Shown here in pieces: positions 1 to 13,252 of a DNA stretch of 39,982 bases (the first letter of the stretch is position 1; the number at the start of each line of letters is the position of its first letter). The notes under the pieces were generated by a model. That model was given only the letters and a program-made list of their open reading frames with translations, did no database searches and had not been told where the DNA came from. The position numbers and the translations under genes were made by a program. Origin of the DNA: Pelomyxa schiedti. Lineage: Eukaryota > Protista > Evosea. Where the stretch lies: contig JAHLWZ010000942.1 in assembly GCA_020536535.1 (NCBI GenBank), forward strand, positions 1-39,982, read 5' to 3'.

Positions 1-94
1 CTTAGAGACACTTAGGTGGTGGAGAACCCATGCTAAATATTGAAGGGTTGTGTGGTGTCCTAGAGGCTGCTAACGAGGAAGGCATGTCCATTGA

Positions 95-1173
<1,079 letters not shown>

Positions 1174-3882
1174 ATGTCGTCACCGGGCAGTTTCTTGTCT
1201 TTGTGGAGGCAACGCAGCCAGCCGCACGACACCGCGTCACCGGATCTGAGATCTTCGTCGCCCTCTCCTTCCCCTTCTCCTTCTCCGTCGTGTTCGTCGC
1301 ACACTTCGCACCCGCCGCCAAACTCGAGTACGACCGCGGTGCCGATCGCAGTGCCTCCGCCTCATGGAGCGATTGGCAGCAAGATTCCGAGAGGAATAAG
1401 CATGAGCTCAAACGACCTCAGCGCAAAGTTAGTGCTCCCTGCTTGACAATGTTTATTTATGGTTGATTTTTTTTTTTATCCTCAGTGCCTCCTTGGCTTC
1501 GCAGTCAAGGTGCAGCTTGGATGACAGAAGTAGTCACGGCATTCATCCCAGAACAAGTTTGGATGAAAGTAGCAGCGCTCATCTTGGCTCACCTTTGTCT
1601 ACCAGTAGTGAAACATCACTGTTTTCTGGCAGTATTAGGCCTGTACAATTAATAGAGCAGTTTCAAGATACTGGCACAACAATCGAAGGTGGATCTGAAA
1701 CTATGAGAGTGATCTTGAGTTCAGAAGAAAATTTACTCTTTGGTAAATGTTAAATTTACTTGAATGACAGCTCAATATCCTCAAGCTAGGAAGAAAGCAA
1801 CAAGATCTCCAGGGTTCAGATCTACCAAATTTCCTTATGAATCTGATGAAAGACTTGATGTAGGTGAGCCTTCTAGTTTCCTATTTATTGAAAAATAGGT
1901 ATCATGGAACATACTCCTCCCAGAGAATCAAGAGTTAGCCCTTAGAACCTTGAAAGTCCTCATAAGAAAGGGGATTCCAGATTGTATGAGAACCAATGTG
2001 AGACTGAATGTTGGTGTATCTTTTATAATCCTCTTGCAGGTGTGGACTATAATACTTGGGACAAGAGAATGGTTGCGAACCAGACCTGACTACTATAGAC
2101 ATGAGATGGAATTATACTTAGGGCCAAATTCTGAAAATACTGTCGTAGCCACCCCCCCATTGGTCAGTAATGACTTCCCTCTCTATGACCCTAACTAAAG
2201 CAACCTAGTTTGGAGGTACACTGCACCCACAATGTCACTATGTAGGCGAGAAAGGATTGGAAGCAGCCTCCCGCATACTTGCAATTTTCGGATTGAAAAA
2301 TCCAACTCTAGTTTATGCAGTGGGCATTCCCGATTTGAGTAAGTATTGTTCAGTTTTAATTGAATACTCACTCTTTCAGTCCTTCTTCTGTTAACCTTTA
2401 TGACGGAAGAACAGGTTCTATACAATATTCACAACAACTTCTAATTAATACTCGTCCCTTTCAGGCATTTGTAAGTTTAGAGATTATGCTTTTTCAGTCT
2501 TTAAGAACGAGATGGTTTCTCAATCACACTTTTGAGCAACACCTAGTGTTCTGCAGCACCTTTGATTCACTTATATCCATGCACCTGCCAGGACTGTATA
2601 AACGTATGGAAACTTATAAAACCATCCAAGACTAAAATGAAATAGATATGCTTAAACTATCCGTATCTACAACAGAATCATTTGCAAAGGACTGGTTCTC
2701 CTCTCTTTTTGTTGGGCATGTGAAATACTCCATTGTTCTAAGGTAGTCACTTATACTTTGAGGTTACTTCTAATTACTTGCAGACTCTTCGACTGCTTTT
2801 TGAGTGAGGGTTTCAAGGTTTTCTATAGATTTGGCCTTGCAGTTTTGTGTAAATGTAAGCAATACCTGCTCAAAGCAACAACCACTGAGGACTTTTTTCA
2901 AGTCTGTGGAGTTACCCTGCCCTCAAGCTAGTAGTCTAACTCCCATAGATACTACATCAAGCAGCTTTGTTTTCCACGGATTCTGAGTCCTTGTTCAAAA
3001 CAGCCTTCTGCTTCCGTGTCAAGCAGGCGCAGCTGAGTAAGTTAGACAAACTTAACTCAGACCGCATTAAGTGCCATCAGTTGCTTCTGACAAGCCCCCT
3101 CAAAGTGGAGCCGGTTTACTACCGTCCAATTATGGAAAAGCCTTCGTCCATTATTTCTCAGCAGCAAGTTCGTAAATCCTTTAGCTTATTGTGCTCAGAA
3201 TCTTACTTATTTTTACCAGTGTGAGAAAATATGGAGCATGCTTCCACACCGATATGGTATCATGGATCCCACGTTGCTGTTTTCCACAGCAGTGGACGGT
3301 TTCAACATCAGTACGTTATTCACAAAATGTGGAGATACCTTCCCGCTATTAGTCCTTGTCAAGTCACCTGCACAACATGTAAGAACCGAATTCTTTTTTA
3401 AATCACTTAACTCCTTTTTCCTCCGCCGCAAGAAATTAATCGTTTCTATGAGATTTTTGGAGGCTATTTGTCAGAAACGATTCCCGAGCTAGCCAAACGG
3501 GGTGGCACACAAGACTGGTGCAGCCCTCACAAAGTTACTCTTTTATAATACTTATCCCTCACCACAGCGAGAGCTTCCTCTTTTCACTGCACCCAGTGGA
3601 GCAAAAGTATGCCTGGACCAGAGCAGACCACCAGCTCGCGTGCATCAGAGACGGAGCACTTGTTTTCGGTGGCCAGTAACCTTCCCGCTCTTACTCTCCC
3701 TCCACCCCCTCTTATTACCTACATTTTTCTTACACCCGGCCTTCACATCGCACAGACCAGGATTGCAAATTGATACGGAATTTCAAGTCACCAGTTATTC
3801 CAGTGATACCTACGGGAACCCACCTATGGGTGAGTCGGAGACCTTCCCGGCAATGGCCGTAGAGGTCTATGGTGTAAATTAA
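1174..3882 (+). CDS. TBC domain + TLDc domain protein, TBC1D24/Skywalker-like; multi-exon
   Basis: Spliced translation gives TBC motifs (LKVLIRKGIPDCMRTNVW; WFSSLFVGH..VLRLFDCFLSEGFKVFYRFGLA) and a TLDc domain (LLFSTAVDGFNISTLF; IFGGYLSE; ESFLFSL; SDTYGNPP..VEVYG). Ser/Pro-rich N-terminus; the start codon is less certain (alternative ATG at 1402). Confidence 0.85.
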
Positions 3883-3984
3883 ACTGGAGGGTTGTACAAC
3901 TCTCCAGAACAAATGTAACATGTCACATTCACAAAAAACCCGTACGAATTCGCCACCCACATCCATTTTGGATTTTGTTTGGAA

Positions 3985-5969
3985 ATGGCAGGAATGACAG
4001 GAGAGCTGTCGTCTTCGCAACCCACGCCTCGGTCAGGGTGCAATTTCGACTACGTTGGGGACGTTATGTCCCAGTGCGCCGCGAGGCACCTGTGCTCCTT
4101 GTGCAAGTACCCGGCCAACATGCCCGTTCTTCACGACTGTGCCGCCCTCCTGTGCTTTGCGTGTGCTGCAAAGGTTTAGTTTTTTCTTTTTTTCCCTTCA
4201 CAAATGGAAAATACCCTGTAAAAGAGTGAGAAGTGCCCAGTTTGTTACGAGAAGATACTGGGCAATACCAAGCCACTCGTTTCAAAAATTGTGCTGGTAA
4301 AGTTGGATGCAATACAGGTTCGTTGCCCTGCGTGCAGAGCTGCTGTCATGAGGAATGCACTGGATGATCACGTGTGGTCCTGCCCAACAAGTATGCTAGC
4401 TACTTTGTCCCTTTCAGTGACTATCATTTAATGGGAATACAGATTGCCCCAAGGGATGCGGTGCCAAGGTGTCACCACAGAACCAGGACCTCCATGAAAA
4501 GTTTGAGTGTCTGAATGTCGCTGTGGCCTGTGGGTCATGCCATGAAACTGTTCTAAGGAAGGTCTTAAATGATGGCTCCCATGCTAAATTGGACTGCCCA
4601 ACAAGTGTGTTCTAACTATCTTTTCTTGACTTCCTTAGATCTGCCTCCAGACTGCCCCAACGGATGTGGGGAAAACCTGAAACCACGAGAAATGGATGTA
4701 CACCTCAGCACCACATGCGGATTGACCGTGGTCAACTGTTCATCACAATTTTGCACGTGGAAAGGGTCCCGGTCCAGTTTCCCAGACCATGCATCATCAT
4801 GCATCCTCATCAAAGTTAGTATGGCATTTGACTCCCTGATCACTGAAAACAAGAGGCTACATGGAAGGGTAAACAGTGGATTCATGGATTTGAACAGACA
4901 ACGGGGAACTACCTTGCACAAACTGGAACAAATACAAAACGAGCAGGGAGAAGGATTCCACCAGGTTCGCGATGAGAATGTGAACATGCACATCAACCTG
5001 ACCACCATGGGAGAGTCCCTTTCCCAACTGGTGAAGTCTGTTGCAAAAATAGAAGAAAGTCACACGCACGAAATTGCGGCATTGAACAAGGAAATCGCTC
5101 TGCTTCATGAAGAAAATTCTAAAATGCTCAAATTCTTGAACATGGTGCCGAGTTTGTCAGGCAAAGTATCAGTACTACTCAACTATGCGCCTTTCCCAAA
5201 GGGCATAATGCAGAATGTACCCATCGCCATGCTGCAGGGGTGGAATGTTCACTACAAACAACTATACTCACATGCCACAAAACCCTCCGACATTGACCCT
5301 GGTCAGGGTGATTGGATACTGGTTGCATCCCAGGAGGTATGTGTAATTTCTTCTCTCTCTTATTCACAGTCTGGATACTAGGTTGGGTCTGAGTTGCTGT
5401 CACTGTGTGCCATTGGGAATAGGTCCAAGGTATGTGCTCGCATTCGGGATTGTGTGGCAGAAGGGGGTTCAACTGTACGGGGCAGGGGGTGCGCAAGGCC
5501 AGAGAGCACAGACCTCCTGGGAAGCAACAGGGGGAACCAGGGGTTGTTCGGGTGCCCTCCCCCATTCGGGTGCCTTCCCCCCCCCTCGTGCCCTCAAACC
5601 CTCCCCTACACTTCCACCCCTCCCAACCTTTTCTCCGCTCCCTCTCCCGTCTTTGGCTCCACTCCCTCTCCCAACCTTTTCTCCGCTCCCTCTCCCGGCC
5701 TTTTCTCCCCTCCCACCCAGACCACAACACTGGAAAACAGGGGCGTTTACTGGTACTTTGAGGCTGGGAAGGCCTTTGGCTTTGCACCCAACAACTGGGT
5801 GGATCTCTTTACTAGAGAAGATGGGGGAAAAACATACTATGTGGATACAAGGGATGATAACCAGAGACTAACTTGGTCACTGGGTGGCTATGGTGGAGGG
5901 CGAAGTGGAAGGACGGAGATGAAGATAGGGATGGGTGGGGGCTGGGAGAAGATTGTTTGCTGGGTTTGA
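3985..5969 (+). CDS. RING + TRAF-type zinc-finger + coiled-coil protein with an uncharacterised aromatic/Gly-rich C-terminal domain (probable E3 ligase)
   Basis: CSLC..HDC..CFAC..CPVC RING-like motif; TRAF-type fingers CPKGCG..LHEKFEC and CPNGCG..HLSTTC..CTWKG..DH..C; heptad region at about 4800-5140; C-terminus GWNVHYKQLY..GVYWYF..AFGFAP..RLTWSL..GGRSG. Confidence 0.8.
5620..5697 (+). repeat. 30-nt direct repeat with a 48-nt period, encoding PNLFSAPSP twice
   Basis: ctcccaaccttttctccgctccctctcccg at 5620-5649 and 5668-5697. Confidence 0.85.
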
Positions 5970-6100
5970 AGAAAAACCTGGGCAACACAAGAAACAGTGG
6001 TACCTGATGTTCCCCACAGCCACTAAGTCATGAATGTTGGTTTTTGTGGCGTTAGAAATTCTAAACGCCCCCACCAGTTTTTGGCAAAAAATAAAACCGA

Positions 6101-7238
6101 ATGCAACCAGGCGATTGGCAGGAGCAGGATGGTGCTCTGAGTTGCAAAGGTGTTGACCTGTCGAGTTTGGTGATATCTGAGTCGTACACTGGGCGAGTTT
6201 CGGACACTGTTACTAGCGTGTCCTTGATAGCTTGTCAGTTGACAGCCTTCCCACGGTGCTTGTCGGTCTGTAGTGGTTTGACTTGTACGTTTTTCTTCAA
6301 GTTTTATGTGGCCATTCTCGAAATAATGAACTGGATGTAGCACTAATTCTTAACCACAATGAAATGACTCGTTTTCCTGTGGAAATACTGGATTTCCCTT
6401 CTCTAAAATCAATTGGTAAGTACAAATATCTCTTGCTTTTCACTACTTGCAGTAACCCTCGTTGGGGTAGATTTATCATTCAATAAGATAAGGGAGATTC
6501 CGCCGGAAATCAACAAATTAACTGCCTTGCAGTCCATGTTCCTGTCACACAATAAGCTGCGCTCTATACCACTTAATTCCATTTCGCAAATTCCTTGCCT
6601 TAGCTTAGTTGATGTTGGATTTAATTTCATCACTTTCCCAAGGTAACAGTATCTATTTTTCTTGTGATGGTTCACGAAGCCTCCCAGCCTCACTGAGGAC
6701 GATAAGCTCCTCATTGACGCAGTACTCCTAAACGTGTGCAATCAACACACTCCTGACCTCATTGTGCAAGGGCTTTATCTGGGATCAGTGCATGCCACCC
6801 ATGACCCAGAAGAACTTGCTTACTTGGGAATAACTCACGTATTAGACGTTGGGGTGCAACCATTAACCAAAGCACCGAGTATAACTTACCTCTACCTTGA
6901 AGTAAGGGACATCCCACAGGTACTGTGAGTGCCGTACCACATCATTACTCACCGCTAGACATAAATATAATATATAAAAAAAGGAAGATATTATCAGTAA
7001 GTTCCCCAGCTCCAATGAGTTCATAGACTCCGCTCTGCAATCTGGAGGGCGGGTGCTTGTGCACTGTGCTGCCGGGCAGTCCCGGTCCCCGTCATTCATC
7101 ATCGCATACCTTATGCAACACCACCACATGTCTCTCCAACAAGCCCTCACCCACACCAAGTCCGCCAGGCTCTGTGTGTCCCCCAACCTAGGGTTCCAGC
7201 GCCAACTCGCACAGTTCAGCACCACATTGCACCTGTAA
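6101..7238 (+). CDS. Leucine-rich-repeat + dual-specificity protein phosphatase
   Basis: LRRs (LTSLILNHNEM, IDLSFNKIREIPPEI, LQSMFLSHNKL), then DSP motifs GLYLGS, ITHVL, VRDIP, VLVHCAAGQSRS (intact CX5R), IAYLM, VSPNLGF. Four introns. Confidence 0.9.
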
Positions 7239-7362
7239 CTATTCATTCTAAAGGGAAGAAGCAAACACTCCTTAACTGGAAAATAAATATTTTAACAAAA
7301 AAACCATCTTTCCATCAACAAACTACTGAAGGTCCAGACAGCAAGCAACAAGCAACAAAGCA

Positions 7363-10300
7363 TCAAGGCCTGAGAGCAGTCAAGAACCTGCTGAAGTTCT
7401 CCCTGTTCTTGCCGCCGAGGTTGTCCTTGAGCCCCTCCATCATCATAGTGAAAGCAGCCGCCACGTTCTCCTTGTCGTCGGCGGGCGCGTGCGCGATGGC
7501 CTGCTGCCTGAGCTGCTCCATCATGTGCGGCGCCATCAGCATCGCGACCAGCAGCGGCCGCGACAGTGCCCAGAACGAGTCCCCCTTGCAGTCCAGCGCC
7601 AGCACGAACAGGTTGGAGAGCAGCCCCGGCAGCATCGCCGGGACGGCCTCGGTGTGCCTCCTGAAGTGCGCCACGATGGCCGGGGCCGGCGGCATCACCG
7701 CGAGCTGCGGCGCGGCCCCTGGCGGCGTGTTGGTGGCCGCGGTGACGGACTTCTGGCGCGCGGCGGCGGCCAGCGCGGCGTGCTGCTTCGAGGCCTTGTA
7801 GTACGAGGAGAGCAGGGCGTCGAGGGCCAGGCTGGCCAGCTCCTGGATGTTCGTGTCCGTGCACTTGAGGCCGCGCTGGATCAGGTCGATCAGCTGGGCG
7901 AAGCGGGGGGACTCGAGCGAGCACACCAGCAGGGGATTGGTGCCGCAGAGGACCTGCAGGAACACGTACACTGCCTTGTTCAGCTTGGGAAGCTGCTGGA
8001 CTTCTTGCTGGGGAAGCGCGAGGACAAGTTGCAAAGCCGCGGCCAGGGTTTTCAGGAGAGTGTCATCGTTGTACACTGTGAAGGCGCCGAGAGCAACGTA
8101 GCCCCCACCAAGTGCTCTGGCAATCTAGGGGGTATTGGAATGAGTGGCGGTGCTATTCTCAAAGTAACTACATACTGCTTCAAGGCAATGTGTTGATGGC
8201 TTGAAAACGTCGTTATGAGCGTTGGGGTTGGTGACGGGCAAAGGAGCAGACAAAAGTCTCTCAATCCATGCTCTGAGAATGACTGCTACCTCCCTGAACA
8301 TCAGCAGGCCATTTGGTGACGAGGATTCAAACTGCAGTCTGTCCGATCTATTCAGCAACAGCTCTGCAATGAACTTCATTACTGGGACCATTACTGTGCT
8401 ATCGCCGTAGCTCACTTCACACAACCTCGGCAGGAACGATATATAAACGGGATACAGCCAATCCCACAGCCTGTTGAACAATGTGCTGTCTGGAACCACA
8501 AGAATCAGGCCCATAAGATCTCTGATTGTACCAATCGCCAGGGCCCTGAGAGGGTCCACTGCAAGTGCCTCGCGTGGTTGGCTCAGAAGATATGTAATGG
8601 TAAGCTCAAAGGGTATCATGAATTGCTCAAACATATCAGAAAATTCTTCACTGAAAAGAAGACTCTGAGCGAAAATAAGTTACAAATTACAGTGCTGTTA
8701 ACGTACTCCAAGCATGGAATGAAACTTGACCCGGTGCTTTGAGCATTCAGGGCTTTCCATGAAGGGGAATATTTGTGAAGAATGGTTGGCAAGAAGCTGT
8801 CTTGTGAGTGGCAGTTCCAGTAACAACTTCAAAGTGCCTGCGCTAGAGGCAAGGCTGAGGAGAAGGGACACACTTGGCCCTACGATCTCCGGTACATCAG
8901 CCCACTGCTTCAAATTTGCCAATAACTGAAACAGTTAGACAAGTTTAGATGTATAAATGTGACATACCTTACTAACAAAGACAGAAACTAAATTGTTTGT
9001 ATCGGTGATCCCAATGAACTCATGAAGTTTTGGAATTAAGTTCTGCAAACCAAGGGCATCCTCAAAATATGATCTGGAAAACTGATCCACAAAATAGAGG
9101 AAAGCAAGTTCCAGTTTCGCGTTTACTGCTTTGTCGGCAGCACGGGAAATCTGTGCCGCACGTGCATCTTGCAGTTGTAATGTATGAAGCGCAGCTTGTG
9201 CTGCCCGCACATCTTCCATTTGCATAATTCTTAGTGCAAAGGCTGTCATCTGGGCATCTATTGGTACAGACTCCTTCCCAAGTGTGTTGACAATGCGTCC
9301 CCTCACAAATGTTCTTCCTCGCACAAGTGCCCCCATTATGTACAAAAGCCAGGCTAATTGGAGTTCGGCTATATGAATTTCGGGAGTTGTTGGGCCCGTT
9401 TGCTGTAAAGCACTAGACAAGGGTGCAAAGATAGTGGAAATAAAGTCTCTTGTGGCTTCGTAATTGCATCTGCCAAGGTACGGGATGAAAGCTAAGTGTT
9501 CCTAAAATGAATTGAGCAAGCTATGATATTGAGACCACTACTGTTATCGACTCATGTGAAGCTAACGGATCGTCGTATAGGCCCGGTGTGGTTGCGAGAA
9601 CTACAACAGATTCTAGACGTGATTTTATAAACATCTGCAAAACTTGAATTGAGCCCTGTTGCACGGCCGTGGCACTCTTGTGCCCCTGTAGGGAATGAGA
9701 GAAGGATTGGAAAGAGTAAGTAGACCTACTTTTCCAAATAGATGTGTCGCCATGTGGGCCCAGAGAAGCATTAAATAATGTACTGAATTTGGATATGTCA
9801 CCCAAGACTTAAGATATAAGTATTTTGTACTGGAAAGAAAGTCCTTACCTTAATGCTGTCGAGAGTGAAAGCAAGCAAGGCATTGATGAATTGCTGACTA
9901 TTGGATGCGTAGGACAATAGAATTAAAGATTGAGGACTTTTGAATTGCGCTAATACTCGACACAAAGTGTGGTGATTTTCTTGATTACTGAGCCCCAATC
10001 TGCACAAGAAGTAAGGGGCACACTGAAAACCAAATAGACTACCTTGTAGTGATAATGTGTATCAAGCTTCCCAGAACTGATTCCAGAAAAGAAGTGAGAG
10101 TTGTTTCGCATGAAAAGATGTTTCGGCGAACAGACACGATTTGAAGGATACATTCCATGGCAGTGACTGAGGTTGGAGGAGTTGAAGTACTGTAAATCTA
10201 ACATGCATTTAGAGAGTTGGAGATACTGAAAATACCCGACCTGGAAAAAAAGTTGTACGAAATTCGGGTCTTCGAAATGAGGTCTCCAGGTTTCAGGTAT

Positions 10301-11492
10301 TTGCACTGTTGCTACGTCGTCTTCAAGTTCGTCACTAGCTGGCTCTGAAAAAGAAATGGGTTACTGTGACAAACGAAAAGAAAGGATTCCGTGAGTGTAG
10401 GAAAGTGAGAGCTTCTAACCAACCGAGTGTGAGGGCAATAGGACCACTCATAGTGAAGAGGGTAAGCAGGGATTCAGGCGACTGGCCAACACCAGTAAAG
10501 TCAAAGCTAAGACACTGCAGAGCAAGCTTCAAAGCAACATCCCGCAACACCACTGGGGAATTTTCTCCTTGCGACTCTGCTCCCACTACCTGTCTTTTAG
10601 GGGTTAGGAGAATTGATCTTGGAGGGCATCACACACCGTAACGCTTTCAGTGCAAGTTCAAAAATTGTCAACAAAGATTTTTCCCTAAATGATGTAGCAA
10701 CCTAGATTGCATACCAGTTGATAAACAGCAATACGGAAGTGGAACGAGAATACCTGCTTGTGGATAAATGGGGACAGAACTCCCTGGGAGTTGAGTGACA
10801 CTTCACGTACAACTCCTTGCAGCATAATCAATCCCACACCACGTTGCGGCACAGTGTTGGAATCTGACAGGAATTTTGCAGTCTTTTCCATCAGTTCTTT
10901 ATATGCTGACACAGGGTCTTCAATCCACTCCAGCTTAATCAATCTTCCAATAAGCTATGGGAGGAAAACGGTTAGCAAAACAGGGGTGCCAACACAAAAG
11001 TGAACTTAATAGCTAAATTTTGGTTTTGATTGACAATCACACAAGCGAGGCCCATAATTGCGAGATTTAAGAGATGAGGGCGGCACAAAAGGGAACCTGC
11101 ACGGCGGCGGACATCACAAACTGCTGGCACCTGGCCGTGTCCTGGGCGCACTGCCACAAGAAATCCCACGTGCACGCGCGGATCTCGTTCCTCCTGGACG
11201 CCGGCATCTCCTCGGTGGCCAAGTTGCCCAGCGACGAGATGGCGAACACGTGCGCCCACGGGCTGCTGCTCCGCCTCAGTATCTCCATGAACAGCCCCCC
11301 GTCGTTACTAGATGAAGGGGAGGGAGTTGTCGACGAGGCGGCTGCGGCGGCGGATGACGACGACGACGAGGAGGAGGAGGAGGCGGACTGCTGGGCGGCG
11401 GCGCGGAGGGTCTCTTCGGCACTGCGTCGCTGTGGCGTGTCTGTTGTGGTGTATACGATCTCACAGCACTTCTCGAGTTGTTTCCAGTCCAT
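7363..11492 (-). CDS. XPO7: Exportin-7 / RanBP16-17-like karyopherin; multi-exon
   Basis: LEKCCEIVY..RRSAEETL; ALQCLSFDF; QIPETWRPHFED; ENHHTLCRVL; ELQLAWLLY; PVMKFIAELLLNRSDRLQFESSSPNGLLMFRE; GGYVALGAFTVYNDD; WALSRPLL; KNRENFSRFL. Confidence 0.88.
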
Positions 11493-11653
11493 GTCGTTAC
11501 CAGATTAATTAATTTGTTGTGGTTCGTAATGTTTGTTTTTTTTCCCCCGTGTTTCGGAGATGCACATGCATTCAGAAAGACAAGAATTCTTTTACAGAGC
11601 TCGGTGAAATACACGTGAAATTCGAAAGGTGGGGCGTTGTGGGGGTGGGTTCT

Positions 11654-12683
11654 TCACATGAGGACCCAGCCTACACAGAGGAGGTAGTTGATGGTTAATA
11701 CTACTGGGAGCCATGACACGCTGTGGGGGTCCTTGGAGTCGTCTTCTTCAGTTCTTTGGTCCAGCCAAGCCCTCAGCCTCTTGCACAATGTATTTCTTGT
11801 ATCTGCTGCCTCGTCATTGGGAGTCGTTCTTGCCCAGTTCTTCATCACGAGCACTGCTGGTATGTTGGCACAGAGGGCACACCCTGCACCCACAATTGCG
11901 CTGGTGACTTCGTCTATGCCCCAGTGCGAACCGCGCAATACGGAGAACGTGGAAGCAAGCAGTGTTGTGATAGCCATCTGCATTAGGCCCGAGGTTGCCA
12001 CTTTCTGGTCCGCAACTGAGACTAGTGTTGTGAGTATGGCAAATACTGCGGCATTGATCGCCAAGAGATCCTGAACAGCACTCAACGCTTTCTCATGCGG
12101 TTTAACTAACAGGAGGCCCAGAGAAATCGCATATAGCCCTATTATGATGAAGAAGACCACCTTTACAAGGCTCCTCCTGTCGGTAAGATGTTACTGACCC
12201 ACTGCAATGAAATCTAGCTTACCTGCAAAAGATGAAGAAGAGGCCAAGAATCACAGCAACGGCCGGAGATGCAAGCAAGAAAATCCGGATGAACAGAAGG
12301 TTGTTACAAAGGAACCTGTGGAGGTGTGTCTCTTCATGAACAAGAACAACTCCAATCCAACAGAACCATAGCTGAAGCGAAATCCAAGCAAAGGCGGCAC
12401 TCTGCAAGCTTCGTTATTGGGAAATTAGGTCACAATGTTGGAAACTCACATGATACGCTGGGGATTGAAATACGTTTTCCACAGGAACAGGGACGGATTG
12501 TTGTGCTTCTGTCTTGCTAGTTTCCGCCGGGTACACCACAAAGTGCTCTATTGGCAAGATCTCTGTTGGAGGCAACACTTGTTCTTGATTTTGATCTTCC
12601 GGAGTAATTGCAATTGGTGGGATGTTGAACTGCTGATACTCAAGTGGTGGGCAGAAAATGTTAGGGTATAGGTCTTCCGTCAT
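11654..12683 (-). CDS. Multi-pass (about 7 TM) membrane protein, tentatively a divergent Bax-inhibitor-1/TMBIM family member; 3 exons
   Basis: Pro/Gln-rich soluble N-terminus, then hydrophobic segments (AWISLQLWFC; FIFCRR; AINAAVFAILT..QK; terminal VVLTINYLL). The gene itself is well supported; the family call is by eye only. Confidence 0.55.
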
Positions 12684-13252
12684 CTCTCTTTCTTTTTAAG
12701 ACAGAATGGGTGACAAGGTCTTGTTTTTTTTCTTCAAATGTCACTGCCGGGATCTTGCTCCATTTTATGCCACAATAATTAAATGCCAAAAAATACAACT
12801 GTTTCCTTTGTTGAAATTCTGGTATCCCCGTTTGTGTTTGTTCAAAAACCAGTGAAAGGGACCCAGGCTAGTGAAGTTGTCCCACCAGATTTACGTTGTC
12901 AACGCCGCTTGCTCCAATCGGCAATTTCCACTGATCAAGGCTAGTACCCTCACTTCATAGCCACACATTTCCACCAAATGTACCGCAGCCCCGAGTTCCG
13001 AGTTCAACTCCTGTTGGGTTTTTGATGTGACACTGTGTTATGGGGTAGTGATGTCGTTTCAGAACCGAACCGCCACGTACACACCAACCTGGGCCAGCTA
13101 AAGGCTGGGGACTAACCAACCTAGGGAACACTCCCTTGTGTATGCCTACAAAAAAATTTCCCACTACGATATCCGTTGTTGCTGAGCACGAGGCAATTAA
13201 TAATATTTTCCCCCGCCTGTATTATCTATCAGAAAGGCTTGTTATTGATGAT

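Noticed and set aside
7292-8196. Long overlapping ORFs (7489-8196 +, 7292-7924 -, 7409-7801 +)
   Set aside because: Shadow frames of the GC-rich exportin exon; no independent motifs.
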